Shown here in pieces: positions 10,715-18,800 of a stretch of DNA of 64,000 nucleotides. Every line of letters starts with the position of its first letter. Position 1 is the first letter of the stretch. Both the position numbers and the translations under genes were made by a program. Source of the stretch: an uncultured delta proteobacterium (GTDB lineage Bacteria > Desulfobacterota > Binatia > DP-6); the NCBI GenBank assembly GCA_963815115.1, contig CAWFFN010000007.1:256001-320000 (forward strand), in the 5' to 3' direction. The notes under the pieces are model-generated. The model was not told where the DNA came from and made no database searches. It saw only the letters and a program-made list of their open reading frames with translations.

Positions 10715-12135
10715 GGCAGAGGAGCAGCTTGCGCCGGTCCGAGTCGCGCAAGTGCCGCGCGCAAGCGCGCGATCGTGCGATCGCGCCCGAGGACCTCGAG
10801 CACCTCGAAGATGCCCGGACTCGAGGTGCCACCCGTCACCGCGACGCGTACCGGCTGTGCGAGCTTTCCCAGCGTCAGGTCGTGCGTCGACAGCGTACGG
10901 TGGAAGGCTTCCTCTATGGAAGTCGTATCCCAACGCGGCAGTGTTTCCAAAATAGCCGCGAGGGTCTGCAACGCGGGCGCGATCTCGGGACGCAGGTGCG
11001 CCGCGGCCGCCTTCGGCGATGGCTGGACGTCATCGCACACGTAGAAGCGCAGGAGGTGCGCCAGCTCGCCCAGTGTCTTCGCGCGCTCCTGGAGGGTCGC
11101 GACCGCGCGCGTCAGCCATGCCCGGTCGGTGGGCACCGGGAGGCCCGCCTGCTCAAGGAAGGGGCAGACGCGGTCGGTGAGCTCCGGTGCGGGGAGGGCT
11201 TTCATGTACTGGAAGTTGAGCCATAGAAGCTTCTCGGCGTTGTAGACCGCCGCGGCCTTGCCGACGTGCTCGAGCGAGAAGTGCTCCACGAGCTCGGCAC
11301 GGGTGAAGATCTCCTGATCGCCGTGCGACCATCCCAGGCGGGCGATGAAGTTCACCATTGCCTCCGCGAGGTAGCCCCGCTCATGGTATTCGAACACCGA
11401 GCCGGCCCCGTGGCGCTTCGAGAGCCGCGTCTTGTCGGCGCCGAGGATCAGCGGCAGGTGGGCAAACTGCGGCAGCGCGGCCTCGAGCGCTCGATAGAGC
11501 AGTATCTGGCGCGGGGTGTTGGCCACGTGATCGTCGCCGCGCAGCACGTGGCTGATGCGCATGTCGACGTCGTCCACCACGACGCAGAAGTTGTAGACGG
11601 GTGACCCGTCGGAGCGCTGGATGATGAAGTCGTCGAGGTCCGCGTTCTGGAAGACGATGCGACCCTTGACGAGGTCGTCGATGACGGTCTCGCCGTCGAG
11701 CGGCGTGCGGAAGCGCACCGTGAAGGCGGTGCACCCAGGTGGCGGCGTCGGCCGCTCCCGGCAGGCACGATCGTAGGCCGGTCGTCGTCCCGCCGCGTTC
11801 GCGGCCTCGCGTCGCGCTTCCAGCTCCTCGGCGGTACACCAGCAGCGATAGACCTTGTCGCGCTCGAGGAGCCATCGGCCGTACTCGGCATAGAGGGGGT
11901 ACCGCCGCGACTGAAAGAACGGTCCCTCGTCCCAGTCGAGCCCGAGCCACTGAAAGCCCTCGAGGTATTCCTGCACCGAGGCCTCCGTCGAGCGCTCGCG
12001 ATCGGTATCCTCGAAGCGGAGGATGAACTGCCCGCCGTGGTGACGGGCGAAGAGCCAGTTGAACAGCGCGGTACGCGCGCTTCCGAGGTGGAGGTGGCCG
12101 GTGGGACTGGGCGGAAAGCGGGTGCGGACCGGCAT
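10711..12135 (-). CDS. gltX: glutamate--tRNA ligase
   Basis: RFPPSPTGHLHLGSAR (HIGH), RFEDTDRERS, RGDDH, RLSKR (KMSKS), anticodon-binding domain PVRVAVTGGTSSPG. Confidence 0.97.
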   Translation of the reverse strand: MPVRTRFPPSPTGHLHLGSARTALFNWLFARHHGGQFILRFEDTDRERSTEASVQEYLEGFQWLGLDWDEGPFFQSRRYPLYAEYGRWLLERDKVYRCWCTAEELEARREAANAAGRRPAYDRACRERPTPPPGCTAFTVRFRTPLDGETVIDDLVKGRIVFQNADLDDFIIQRSDGSPVYNFCVVVDDVDMRISHVLRGDDHVANTPRQILLYRALEAALPQFAHLPLILGADKTRLSKRHGAGSVFEYHERGYLAEAMVNFIARLGWSHGDQEIFTRAELVEHFSLEHVGKAAAVYNAEKLLWLNFQYMKALPAPELTDRVCPFLEQAGLPVPTDRAWLTRAVATLQERAKTLGELAHLLRFYVCDDVQPSPKAAAAHLRPEIAPALQTLAAILETLPRWDTTSIEEAFHRTLSTHDLTLGKLAQPVRVAVTGGTSSPGIFEVLEVLGRDRTIARLRAALARLGPAQAAPLP

Positions 12136-12264
12136 GGCCGCGACCTAACGGGAGGGATCCTCGATGTCAAACTTCCGGGGGTCCCGGGCAGATACGGGTT
12201 TGAGCCTCCTCGGAGGCGGCTGCATACTGAAGGGGCCGGCAGGGGGCTGCCGGCACTCGCGGCG

Positions 12265-12648
12265 ATGGCAGGCAAGAAGATCCTGGTAGTCGAGGACAAC
12301 GAGGACAACCGCCGGATACTCGTGTACCGCCTCCGGAAGATCGGTGAGTTCGACATCCGGGAGGCCACCAACGGCCTGGAGGCGCTGGACCAGGTGCAGC
12401 GCGATCCGCCGCACCTCATCTTCATGGACCTGAAGATGCCGGTGATGGACGGATGGGAGGCCACACGCCGGATACGCGAGATGGCCGGCGGGGACGCGGT
12501 GCGGATCATCGCGCTCACGGCGCAGGCGATGGAGGGCGACGAGGAGAAGGCGCTGGCGATCGGGTGTGACGACTACCTCGCGAAGCCGGTGGTCGACCCC
12601 TCGCTGGTGCGCGAGAAGCTCGAGCGGCTCCTGGGCGTGGCTGCCTGA
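12265..12648 (+). CDS. single-domain response regulator (CheY/DivK-like)
   Basis: ILVVEDNEDN, MDLKMPVMDGWEATRRI, ALTA, DDYLAKPV; ATG at 12265. Confidence 0.9.
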   Translation: MAGKKILVVEDNEDNRRILVYRLRKIGEFDIREATNGLEALDQVQRDPPHLIFMDLKMPVMDGWEATRRIREMAGGDAVRIIALTAQAMEGDEEKALAIGCDDYLAKPVVDPSLVREKLERLLGVAA

Positions 12649-12800
12649 GAGCGGCGGGAGCGTACCCTCTCCCTTCCTTCACCGTACCTTCATGGACAAG
12701 ACGCTATCAGTATGTTCCCTTCCTGCCGGTGGTAGCGAGGTCCGGCGGGGAAGGCACTCTGAAGAATGAGCCAAGCGTCTGCCGTTCGGCGGGAGCGCCG

Positions 12801-15164
12801 GTGACCGGGGCCGCTCCGCCGAAGGCCGCCGAGCTCCTGAGCGTCGTGGTCCCGGCGTACGACGAGGCGCCGAACCTGGAGCGGCTCGTGTCCGAGGTCC
12901 GCGATGCGCTCGACGCGGCCGGTGTCGCCTGGGAGCTGATCGTGGTCGACGACGGCAGCAGCGACGAGACGCCCGCCGTCCTGGATGCGCTCGCCGCGGC
13001 GGAGCCTCGCCTCCGCCCCCTCCGCCACGCGACGCGACGCGGGCAGACCGCGGCCATCGCGACCGGTTTCGGCGCAGCACGCGGCGAGCTGATCGCCACC
13101 CTCGACGCCGACCTGCAGTGTCGCCCGGAAGAGCTGCCGCGTCTGCTCGCGGCGCTGGGCGATGCCGACGCCGTCTGCGGGGTGCGCATCGGGCGACAGG
13201 ACCCCGGGTCGCGCCGCCTGGCGTCCATGCTGGCGAATGGCGCCCGGCGCATGCTCCTCGCGCCGGGCCTGCGCGATCTGGCGTGTCCCGCGCGCGTGAT
13301 GCGGGCGAGTGCGCTGGCGCGGCTCGCCGACGTGACGCCGCTCTTCGACGGCGCCCACCGCTGGCTGCCTGCGCTCTTCGCGCTGGCGGGGCTTCGTGTC
13401 GTACAGGTCCCGCTTCGCCACTGGCCCCGCCACGCGGGCGTTTCGAAGTACACCACGCGCGGGCGGCTCGGCCCGATCGCGCGCGAGACCGTTCGCGTGG
13501 CCCGGCTCACGTTTCGACGCTCCTGGCGGCAGCGTACGTTCTTCGCCGCAATCGTGCTCGTGCTCGTCGCCACGCCGTACTTTTACGCGCTCGGGCGTTG
13601 GCCGCTCATCGAGCCGGACGAGGGCCGCAATGCCGAGGTGGCGCGCGAGATGCTCGAGCTCGGGCGCTGGAGCGTGCCCCACTTCAACCAGATCCCGTAC
13701 CTCGACAAGCCCACGATGCTCTTCTGGCTCATCGCGGGCTCGTACAAGGTCGTGGGCGTGAACGAGTTCGCCGCCCGCTTGCCGGCGGCAATGAGCGCCG
13801 TCGCGACCGTCGGACTCACCTGGGCGCTCGCGCGGCGGCTCGTGGGAGGCCCGCGAGCGCTACTCGCCGCAGCCATCGTGGCGACGGCGCCGCTCGTCCT
13901 GATCTTCGCGCGCCTGGCGATCTTCGACATGCCGTTCACGGCCTTCGTCACCCTCGCGCTCTGGTGCCTGGTGCGCGCTCGCCTGGACGGTGGAGCAGGG
14001 TGGCTGGTCCCGCTGGCCGGCCTGGCCATGGCCGCCGCGACGCTCACCAAGGGGCCGGTCGGCGTCGCGCTTCCGCTGCTCTCCTGGCTGGCCGGTCGCG
14101 GAGCGCTGCCCGCGCCGCGGGAGCGCACCCCTCGGCGCGCGTTGCTCCTCGCCGGTCTCCTGTTCGTGGCGGCGGTCGGATCCTGGATCGCCATGGTCCA
14201 GCGCTACGAGCCCGGCTTCCTTCACTACGCCCTGGTCGACGAGACCTTCCTGCGCTTCACGTCGGTCGATCGCTTCCGTCGGGGTGGCGCGCCGTACCTC
14301 TACCCGCTCACGCTGGTGTGGGCCCTTGCGCCCTGGAGCGTGTTGCTGGTCGGGGTAGCGCCCGAGCTCGGACGGTGCTGGCGCTTGCCGACGTCCGACG
14401 GGACGGCGCTGCGGTTCGCGACCCGGGTGGCGGGGACCATGATCGTCTTCTTCACCCTCTCCGCCTCGAAGCGGCCCCAGTACATCCTTCCCGCCCTGGT
14501 TCCGCTCGCGATCGTGTGCGCTGTCGGGATCGCCAGACGGCCGGAACGAGCCGCTGGCGCGCTGCGTGCCGGCGCGCTGGGCGCGGTGGTCGGCGGGAGC
14601 GCCCTGGTGGTTGGTGCCATGCACGGGCTGCACCTCGAAGGGGCGGAAGCCTCGGCGGCGTCGGCCTCCGTTCTCATGGCGGGTGGTCTCGTCCTCGTTG
14701 CATGGGGCGCGTTCACCGTCGCAATCCACCGGGTCGGCGCATGGCCGACCATCGCCTGCGCGACGCTCCTCTCGCCCGGAGCCGGGTTCGTCCTTCTCGG
14801 GGCGCTGGCTCCGTGGGTCGACGTGCGCTCTGCGCGCACCCTGGCGACGCTCGTGCCGCCGGGCGCGAATATCGTCGCGTTCCAGCAGTTCCGCACCAGC
14901 TTGCCGTTCTACCTGCGGCGCCCCGTCCCGCTGCTCAGCACGACGGCCGGCGAGCTCACCAGCAACTACATCTGCGCCAACCGGAGTCGCTTCGCCGGCG
15001 GTCCGAACCTGGCGCGCCCCCCCGCCCTCAGGACGATGCTTGCGAGCGGCGAGCCCCTCTACGTCGTCACGCGGCACTCCAAGCTCGACCAGGTCGCCGA
15101 GCTCTCGGGCGGCGCGCTGCGTCCCGTCGACGCGGATGCGCGCAGCGTGCTCCTGCGGCGCTAG
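12801..15164 (+). CDS. fusion of a GT2 polyprenol-phosphate glycosyltransferase (ArnC/DPM1-like) and an ArnT-like (GT83/PMT_2) lipid-carrier glycosyltransferase
   Basis: N-half: SVVVPAYDE, VDDGSSD, TLDADLQ, HRWLPAL, GVSKY. C-half: IEPDEGRNAEVAREM, YLDKP, AARLP, LTKGPVG, SASKRPQYILP. Single open frame; GTG start at 12801 after GGGAG. Confidence 0.85.
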   Translation: MTGAAPPKAAELLSVVVPAYDEAPNLERLVSEVRDALDAAGVAWELIVVDDGSSDETPAVLDALAAAEPRLRPLRHATRRGQTAAIATGFGAARGELIATLDADLQCRPEELPRLLAALGDADAVCGVRIGRQDPGSRRLASMLANGARRMLLAPGLRDLACPARVMRASALARLADVTPLFDGAHRWLPALFALAGLRVVQVPLRHWPRHAGVSKYTTRGRLGPIARETVRVARLTFRRSWRQRTFFAAIVLVLVATPYFYALGRWPLIEPDEGRNAEVAREMLELGRWSVPHFNQIPYLDKPTMLFWLIAGSYKVVGVNEFAARLPAAMSAVATVGLTWALARRLVGGPRALLAAAIVATAPLVLIFARLAIFDMPFTAFVTLALWCLVRARLDGGAGWLVPLAGLAMAAATLTKGPVGVALPLLSWLAGRGALPAPRERTPRRALLLAGLLFVAAVGSWIAMVQRYEPGFLHYALVDETFLRFTSVDRFRRGGAPYLYPLTLVWALAPWSVLLVGVAPELGRCWRLPTSDGTALRFATRVAGTMIVFFTLSASKRPQYILPALVPLAIVCAVGIARRPERAAGALRAGALGAVVGGSALVVGAMHGLHLEGAEASAASASVLMAGGLVLVAWGAFTVAIHRVGAWPTIACATLLSPGAGFVLLGALAPWVDVRSARTLATLVPPGANIVAFQQFRTSLPFYLRRPVPLLSTTAGELTSNYICANRSRFAGGPNLARPPALRTMLASGEPLYVVTRHSKLDQVAELSGGALRPVDADARSVLLRR

Positions 15165-15167
15165 GCC

Positions 15168-17015
15168 GTGTGCGGCATCTACGGAGTCGTCGGGCCGGCG
15201 AGCGACACGCTCGCCGGGGGAATGGGCGCCACGCTGGCGCATCGCGGACCGGACGGCGACGGGACGCGCACGGTGGGCGACGCCACGCTGGGATGCCGGC
15301 GCCTGGCGATCATCGACGTCGCAGGGGGTGCGCAGCCTCTCACCAACGAGACCGGCGACGTGGTCGCGGTCTGCAACGGTGAGATCTACAACCACGCCGC
15401 GCTCCGCGACCGCCTCACCGCGCGCGGCCATCGCTTCCGAACGCGCAGCGACGCCGAGGTGCTCCCGCACCTCTACGAGGAGCACGGACCGGACCTGGTG
15501 CACGAGCTCGAAGGGATGTTCGCGCTCGCCGTCTGGGACGTGCGCGCACGCCGGCTCGTGCTGGCCCGTGACCGTCTGGGAGAAAAGCCGCTCTACCATG
15601 CCGTCGCCGGCGACCATCTCCTCTTCGCCTCGGAGCCGAAGGCGCTCATCGCGACCGGCGCGGTGCGTGCCGAGCCGAACTGGTCGGCCCTCGGCTCATA
15701 TCTCTGCCAGGGCTACGTTCCGTGGCCGGCGAGCGCGTTCGCCGGCATCGAGAAGCTGCCGCCGGGCGGACGGCTGGTACGAGGCCCCGACGGCGCACGG
15801 GTGGATCGCTACTGGAACGCGCCGGCCTGGTGCGCCGCGCCGGCGCTCGACGTCGACCTGTCTTCGGCCGCCACGCAACTGCGAGCGGAGCTGACCCGCG
15901 CGGTACAGGCCGCGCTCATGAGCGACGTGCCGCTCGGTCTCTTCCTGTCGGGCGGCCTCGACTCGACGGCGATGGCCGCGCTCGCCCGGCCCAACCTCGA
16001 CGCGCTCGCCACGTTCTCCATCGGCTTCGACGTGCCCGGGTTCGACGAGCTCGACTACGCGGGCCAGGCGGCGCGCGCCTTCGCGACGCGGCACCGCACG
16101 CTGACCGTCACGCCGGCACTGCTGCTGGAGGGCGTCCATGCGCTGGCGCGCCAGCTCGACGAGCCGCTGGCCGATCCGGCCGTCGTTCCGACGTTTCTCC
16201 TCTCCCGGATGGCACGCGAGGACGTCAAGGTCGTGCTCGTGGGGGAGGGCGGCGACGAGCTCCTCGCCGGCTACCCGACGTACCTGGCAGCGAGGCTGGC
16301 GGCGCGCTACCGCCGCCTCCCGGCCGTGGCGCGCGGGTGGCTCGCGTCGGCGGCCCGATCGGCGGGCGCGTCCGCCGGCAACACCACGCTGCGCTATCTG
16401 GTGCGGCGCTTCATCGAGGAGGCGGATGCAGCGCCCGCCGCCCGCCACCGCGCCTGGACGGGCTGCATGTCGAACGCGCGGCTCGCCGCGATGGTCGCCC
16501 CCGGCAGCCCACTCACCATCCCGCCGGAGCCGGCGGCCGTGACCGCCCGCACGGAGCTCGACGGGCTGCTCGCGCTCGATCTCGAGGGCTACCTGCCCGA
16601 CGACCTGCTTGCCAAGATCGATCGCGCCGGCATGGCGGCATCGCTCGAGGCGCGCGCCCCCTTCGTGAACCATCGTTTCGTGGAGTTCGCCTGCCGGCTT
16701 CCGATCGGGCACAAGCTGCGCGGCCTGCAGACCAAGCGCGTCCTGCGCCGCGCCATGACCGGCCTCGTCCCGGCAGCGATCGTGCGCCGGACGAAGCGCG
16801 GTCTCACCGTTCCGCTCGCCACCTGGCTCGCCGGCCCGCTGCGCGAGTTCGCCACCGACACGCTCGGCCGCCTGGACAAGCGGCTGATCCGGGAAGACGC
16901 GGTGCGCGAGCTGCTCGGGGATCACGTCGCCCGCCGCCGGGACAACCGGCGCGAGCTCTGGGCATTGATCATGCTGCAGCTCTGGCTGGAGCACTTCGTG
17001 ACGCGCGGTCGCTGA
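15168..17015 (+). CDS. asnB: asparagine synthase (glutamine-hydrolysing) family amidotransferase
   Basis: N-terminal MCGI, HRGPD, NGEIYN, RDRLGEKPLY, LSGGLDS, GEGGDEL, SLEARAPF. Confidence 0.93.
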   Translation: MCGIYGVVGPASDTLAGGMGATLAHRGPDGDGTRTVGDATLGCRRLAIIDVAGGAQPLTNETGDVVAVCNGEIYNHAALRDRLTARGHRFRTRSDAEVLPHLYEEHGPDLVHELEGMFALAVWDVRARRLVLARDRLGEKPLYHAVAGDHLLFASEPKALIATGAVRAEPNWSALGSYLCQGYVPWPASAFAGIEKLPPGGRLVRGPDGARVDRYWNAPAWCAAPALDVDLSSAATQLRAELTRAVQAALMSDVPLGLFLSGGLDSTAMAALARPNLDALATFSIGFDVPGFDELDYAGQAARAFATRHRTLTVTPALLLEGVHALARQLDEPLADPAVVPTFLLSRMAREDVKVVLVGEGGDELLAGYPTYLAARLAARYRRLPAVARGWLASAARSAGASAGNTTLRYLVRRFIEEADAAPAARHRAWTGCMSNARLAAMVAPGSPLTIPPEPAAVTARTELDGLLALDLEGYLPDDLLAKIDRAGMAASLEARAPFVNHRFVEFACRLPIGHKLRGLQTKRVLRRAMTGLVPAAIVRRTKRGLTVPLATWLAGPLREFATDTLGRLDKRLIREDAVRELLGDHVARRRDNRRELWALIMLQLWLEHFVTRGR

Positions 17016-17029
17016 AGCGCCCACCGCGC

Positions 17030-17770
17030 TCAGAGACTCTCGAGGATCGCGCGGCGCTTCGCATCGTATTCTGCTGGTGTGATCGTTCCGCCGGCGCGCA
17101 GCCGTTCAAGTGCTTGGAGCCTTTGCTCCACGGTCGCCGCAGCAGTTCCCGCTGGCGGGTTGTGACTCTCCGCGAACGCCTTCGCCGCAGGGCGTTCCGG
17201 CGGCGCGTTGCGCCGGTACTCCCCTGTGTAGACCATCCGGCTCACGAGCTTGGCCGTCCGTACCATCGCGTTCTCGACCGCACCCTCCTCGCTCCAGCCC
17301 TTGTTGGCGCCACGGCTTTCGGTGAACTCACCCACCACGCTTCCGTCCGCTCGTCTCACTGTGCCGTATACGTCGAACTCCGAGTGGCCGGCCCCCATCC
17401 CGATGAGTATGCGCTTCGCTGTGCTACCGCCGTTGATCGCATCGATGCTGCCTGTGATGTTGAGCTGCCCAGTGAGGGGCGCACCCTCGGGGATCACCAC
17501 GGCTTGATAGCCAAGGCCCGATAGCTGCTCGGCGAGAACTTGAGCGTATCGCATGCCGATCGTTTGGAGGGAGCCCGAGTATCGCCGGACGACTGCATCA
17601 CTCGGCACCGCGAACTCCTGTACCGAAATACTCGCGCCACTCGGAGCGCCCGTTCGCGGCGTGGGGCAGCCGCACAGAGCGACGAGCAGCGTCAGGCTGA
17701 TCCAGTCCAGCCGCCCGAAGTTCTGGCTGGAGGCGTTACCGCTCGGGCCGTTCCAGCGGATGGTGGGCAT
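17030..17770 (-). CDS. putative lipoprotein, DUF4410-like domain plus C-terminal SHOCT domain
   Basis: Lipobox-like LCGC; INGGSTAKRILIGMGAGHS motif; C-terminal EQRLQALERLRAGGTITPAEYDAKRRAIL. Confidence 0.7.
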   Translation of the reverse strand: MPTIRWNGPSGNASSQNFGRLDWISLTLLVALCGCPTPRTGAPSGASISVQEFAVPSDAVVRRYSGSLQTIGMRYAQVLAEQLSGLGYQAVVIPEGAPLTGQLNITGSIDAINGGSTAKRILIGMGAGHSEFDVYGTVRRADGSVVGEFTESRGANKGWSEEGAVENAMVRTAKLVSRMVYTGEYRRNAPPERPAAKAFAESHNPPAGTAAATVEQRLQALERLRAGGTITPAEYDAKRRAILESL

Positions 17771-18068
17771 CGTGGACCATGTACCAGGCTCTCTCGGCGC
17801 CTTACAAGCACATTCCGGGGCGGGCTAGATCGTTGCGCTGACGGTGTGGTGCTGTCCGGGGACACTACGCTCGCATGGACGTGGAAGCCGACTGGACGAT
17901 CCGACCTGCGAGGTTGGGGTTGCCGTGCGCCGCAGACGCCTGCGCCCGGGGGCGGACGCTGCGGACGCGTTGGGAGTGCAGCAGATGGGTTCCTGAACCC
18001 CGACCCGTCGCCTCACAGGAGGTTGCGAGCACCGACGTGGCCGTGTAACTCCGCGAGTTACTTACGTC

Positions 18069-18105
18069 GAGCCGTTAGCTCAGTCGGTAGAGCAGCTGCC
18101 TTTTA
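18069..18105 (+). tRNA. tRNA-Lys(TTT), 5' half of an interrupted gene
   Basis: GAGCCGT-TA-GCTC-AGTCGGTA-GAGC-A-GCTGC-CTTTTA: acceptor strand, D-arm and anticodon stem/loop through position 37, then unrelated sequence. Confidence 0.92.
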
Positions 18106-18107
18106 CG

Positions 18108-18527
18108 GTGACCGCCAACACGTTGATCGGCGGTACGACAAGCACGACGAGTACGACGAGTACGACGACCACGCGACCCTGCACGAGCGCGGCCTGTACG
18201 ACGACCACGCTACCCTGCACGAGCGCGACCTGTACCTTGCGAGCTGCCCTCACTGGCGCCGCGTGCGTAGGTCAGCCCATTCCGGCAAGCGTCGCCGGTA
18301 AGCTCACGACGGCCGCGTATCTCATCGATAAGGCCACCATGGCTTCCGCCAAGAAGGCCCGCAAGCTCCGCCAGCGAGCGAAGCACCTCCTCAAGCGGGC
18401 GGGTGCGACGGCGACGCATGCCGCGAAGGGCAAGAAGGCGAAGCTGTCGGCCGCGTGCGCCACCGCCCTGAAGGACGCCGCGCGGGCAGTGTGGCCGCGC
18501 GGACCACTCGGAACACGGGCGCGCTGA
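18108..18527 (+). pseudogene. C-terminal fragment of a secreted protein (Thr-rich linker plus basic helical domain)
   Basis: TTSTTSTTSTTTT linker, duplicated PCTSAxC unit, KKARKLRQRAKHLLKRA helix; no SD or signal peptide, and the frame runs directly out of the tRNA half. Confidence 0.65.
18160..18231 (+). repeat. 36-bp tandem duplication (2 copies, 34/36 identical)
   Basis: GTACGACGACCACGCGACCCTGCACGAGCGCGGCCT followed by GTACGACGACCACGCTACCCTGCACGAGCGCGACCT. Confidence 0.9.
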
Positions 18528-18618
18528 TCGCGCGGGCCGCTCCGAAGGCGAGGTCTCGTTTGGAACGTGCGACTACTCCCCCCGCTCGGCAGCGGGTCCA
18601 AGTGGTATGCCCTCGATT

Positions 18619-18651
18619 GGCTTGTACTCGGTGTGTACCGGGTGTGTACCG
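18619..18651. repeat. three tandem 11-bp repeats, putative integrase arm-type binding sites
   Basis: GGCTTGTACTC GGTGTGTACCG GGTGTGTACCG. Confidence 0.7.
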
Positions 18652-18756
18652 GAACGGGTCCCCATCCCTCGCCATCCCGGGCGTGGGCGAAGGACGAAAG
18701 GCTCGCCGTTTCGCGCCTGGGATGGTGTCGGATGGGCTGGTGCACAGCACGATGGC

Positions 18757-18800
18757 GCCTTTTAAGCAGCGGGTCACTGGTTCGATCCCAGTACGGCTCA
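18757..18800 (+). tRNA. tRNA-Lys(TTT), 3' half (attR-like fragment)
   Basis: GCCTTTTAA-GCAGC-GGGTC-ACTGG-TTCGATC-CCAGT-ACGGCTC-A; GCAGC and ACGGCTC pair perfectly with the 5' half. Confidence 0.92.

Larger units (their letters stand above)
18098..18764. mobile_element. 659-bp integrase-less insert in tRNA-Lys, probably a remnant of an integrative element
   Basis: GCCTTTTA direct repeat at 18098-18105 and 18757-18764; three tandem 11-bp repeats about 105 bp inside the right end. Confidence 0.7.

Noticed and set aside
18106-18764. Group I or archaeal/eukaryal-type intron in tRNA-Lys (the insert can be placed at canonical position 37/38)
   Set aside because: No placement within the 8-bp repeat gives both a 5' exon ending in U and an intron ending in G. 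No recognisable P7 core or bulge-helix-bulge pairing is present. The direct repeat and arm-like repeats favour DNA recombination.
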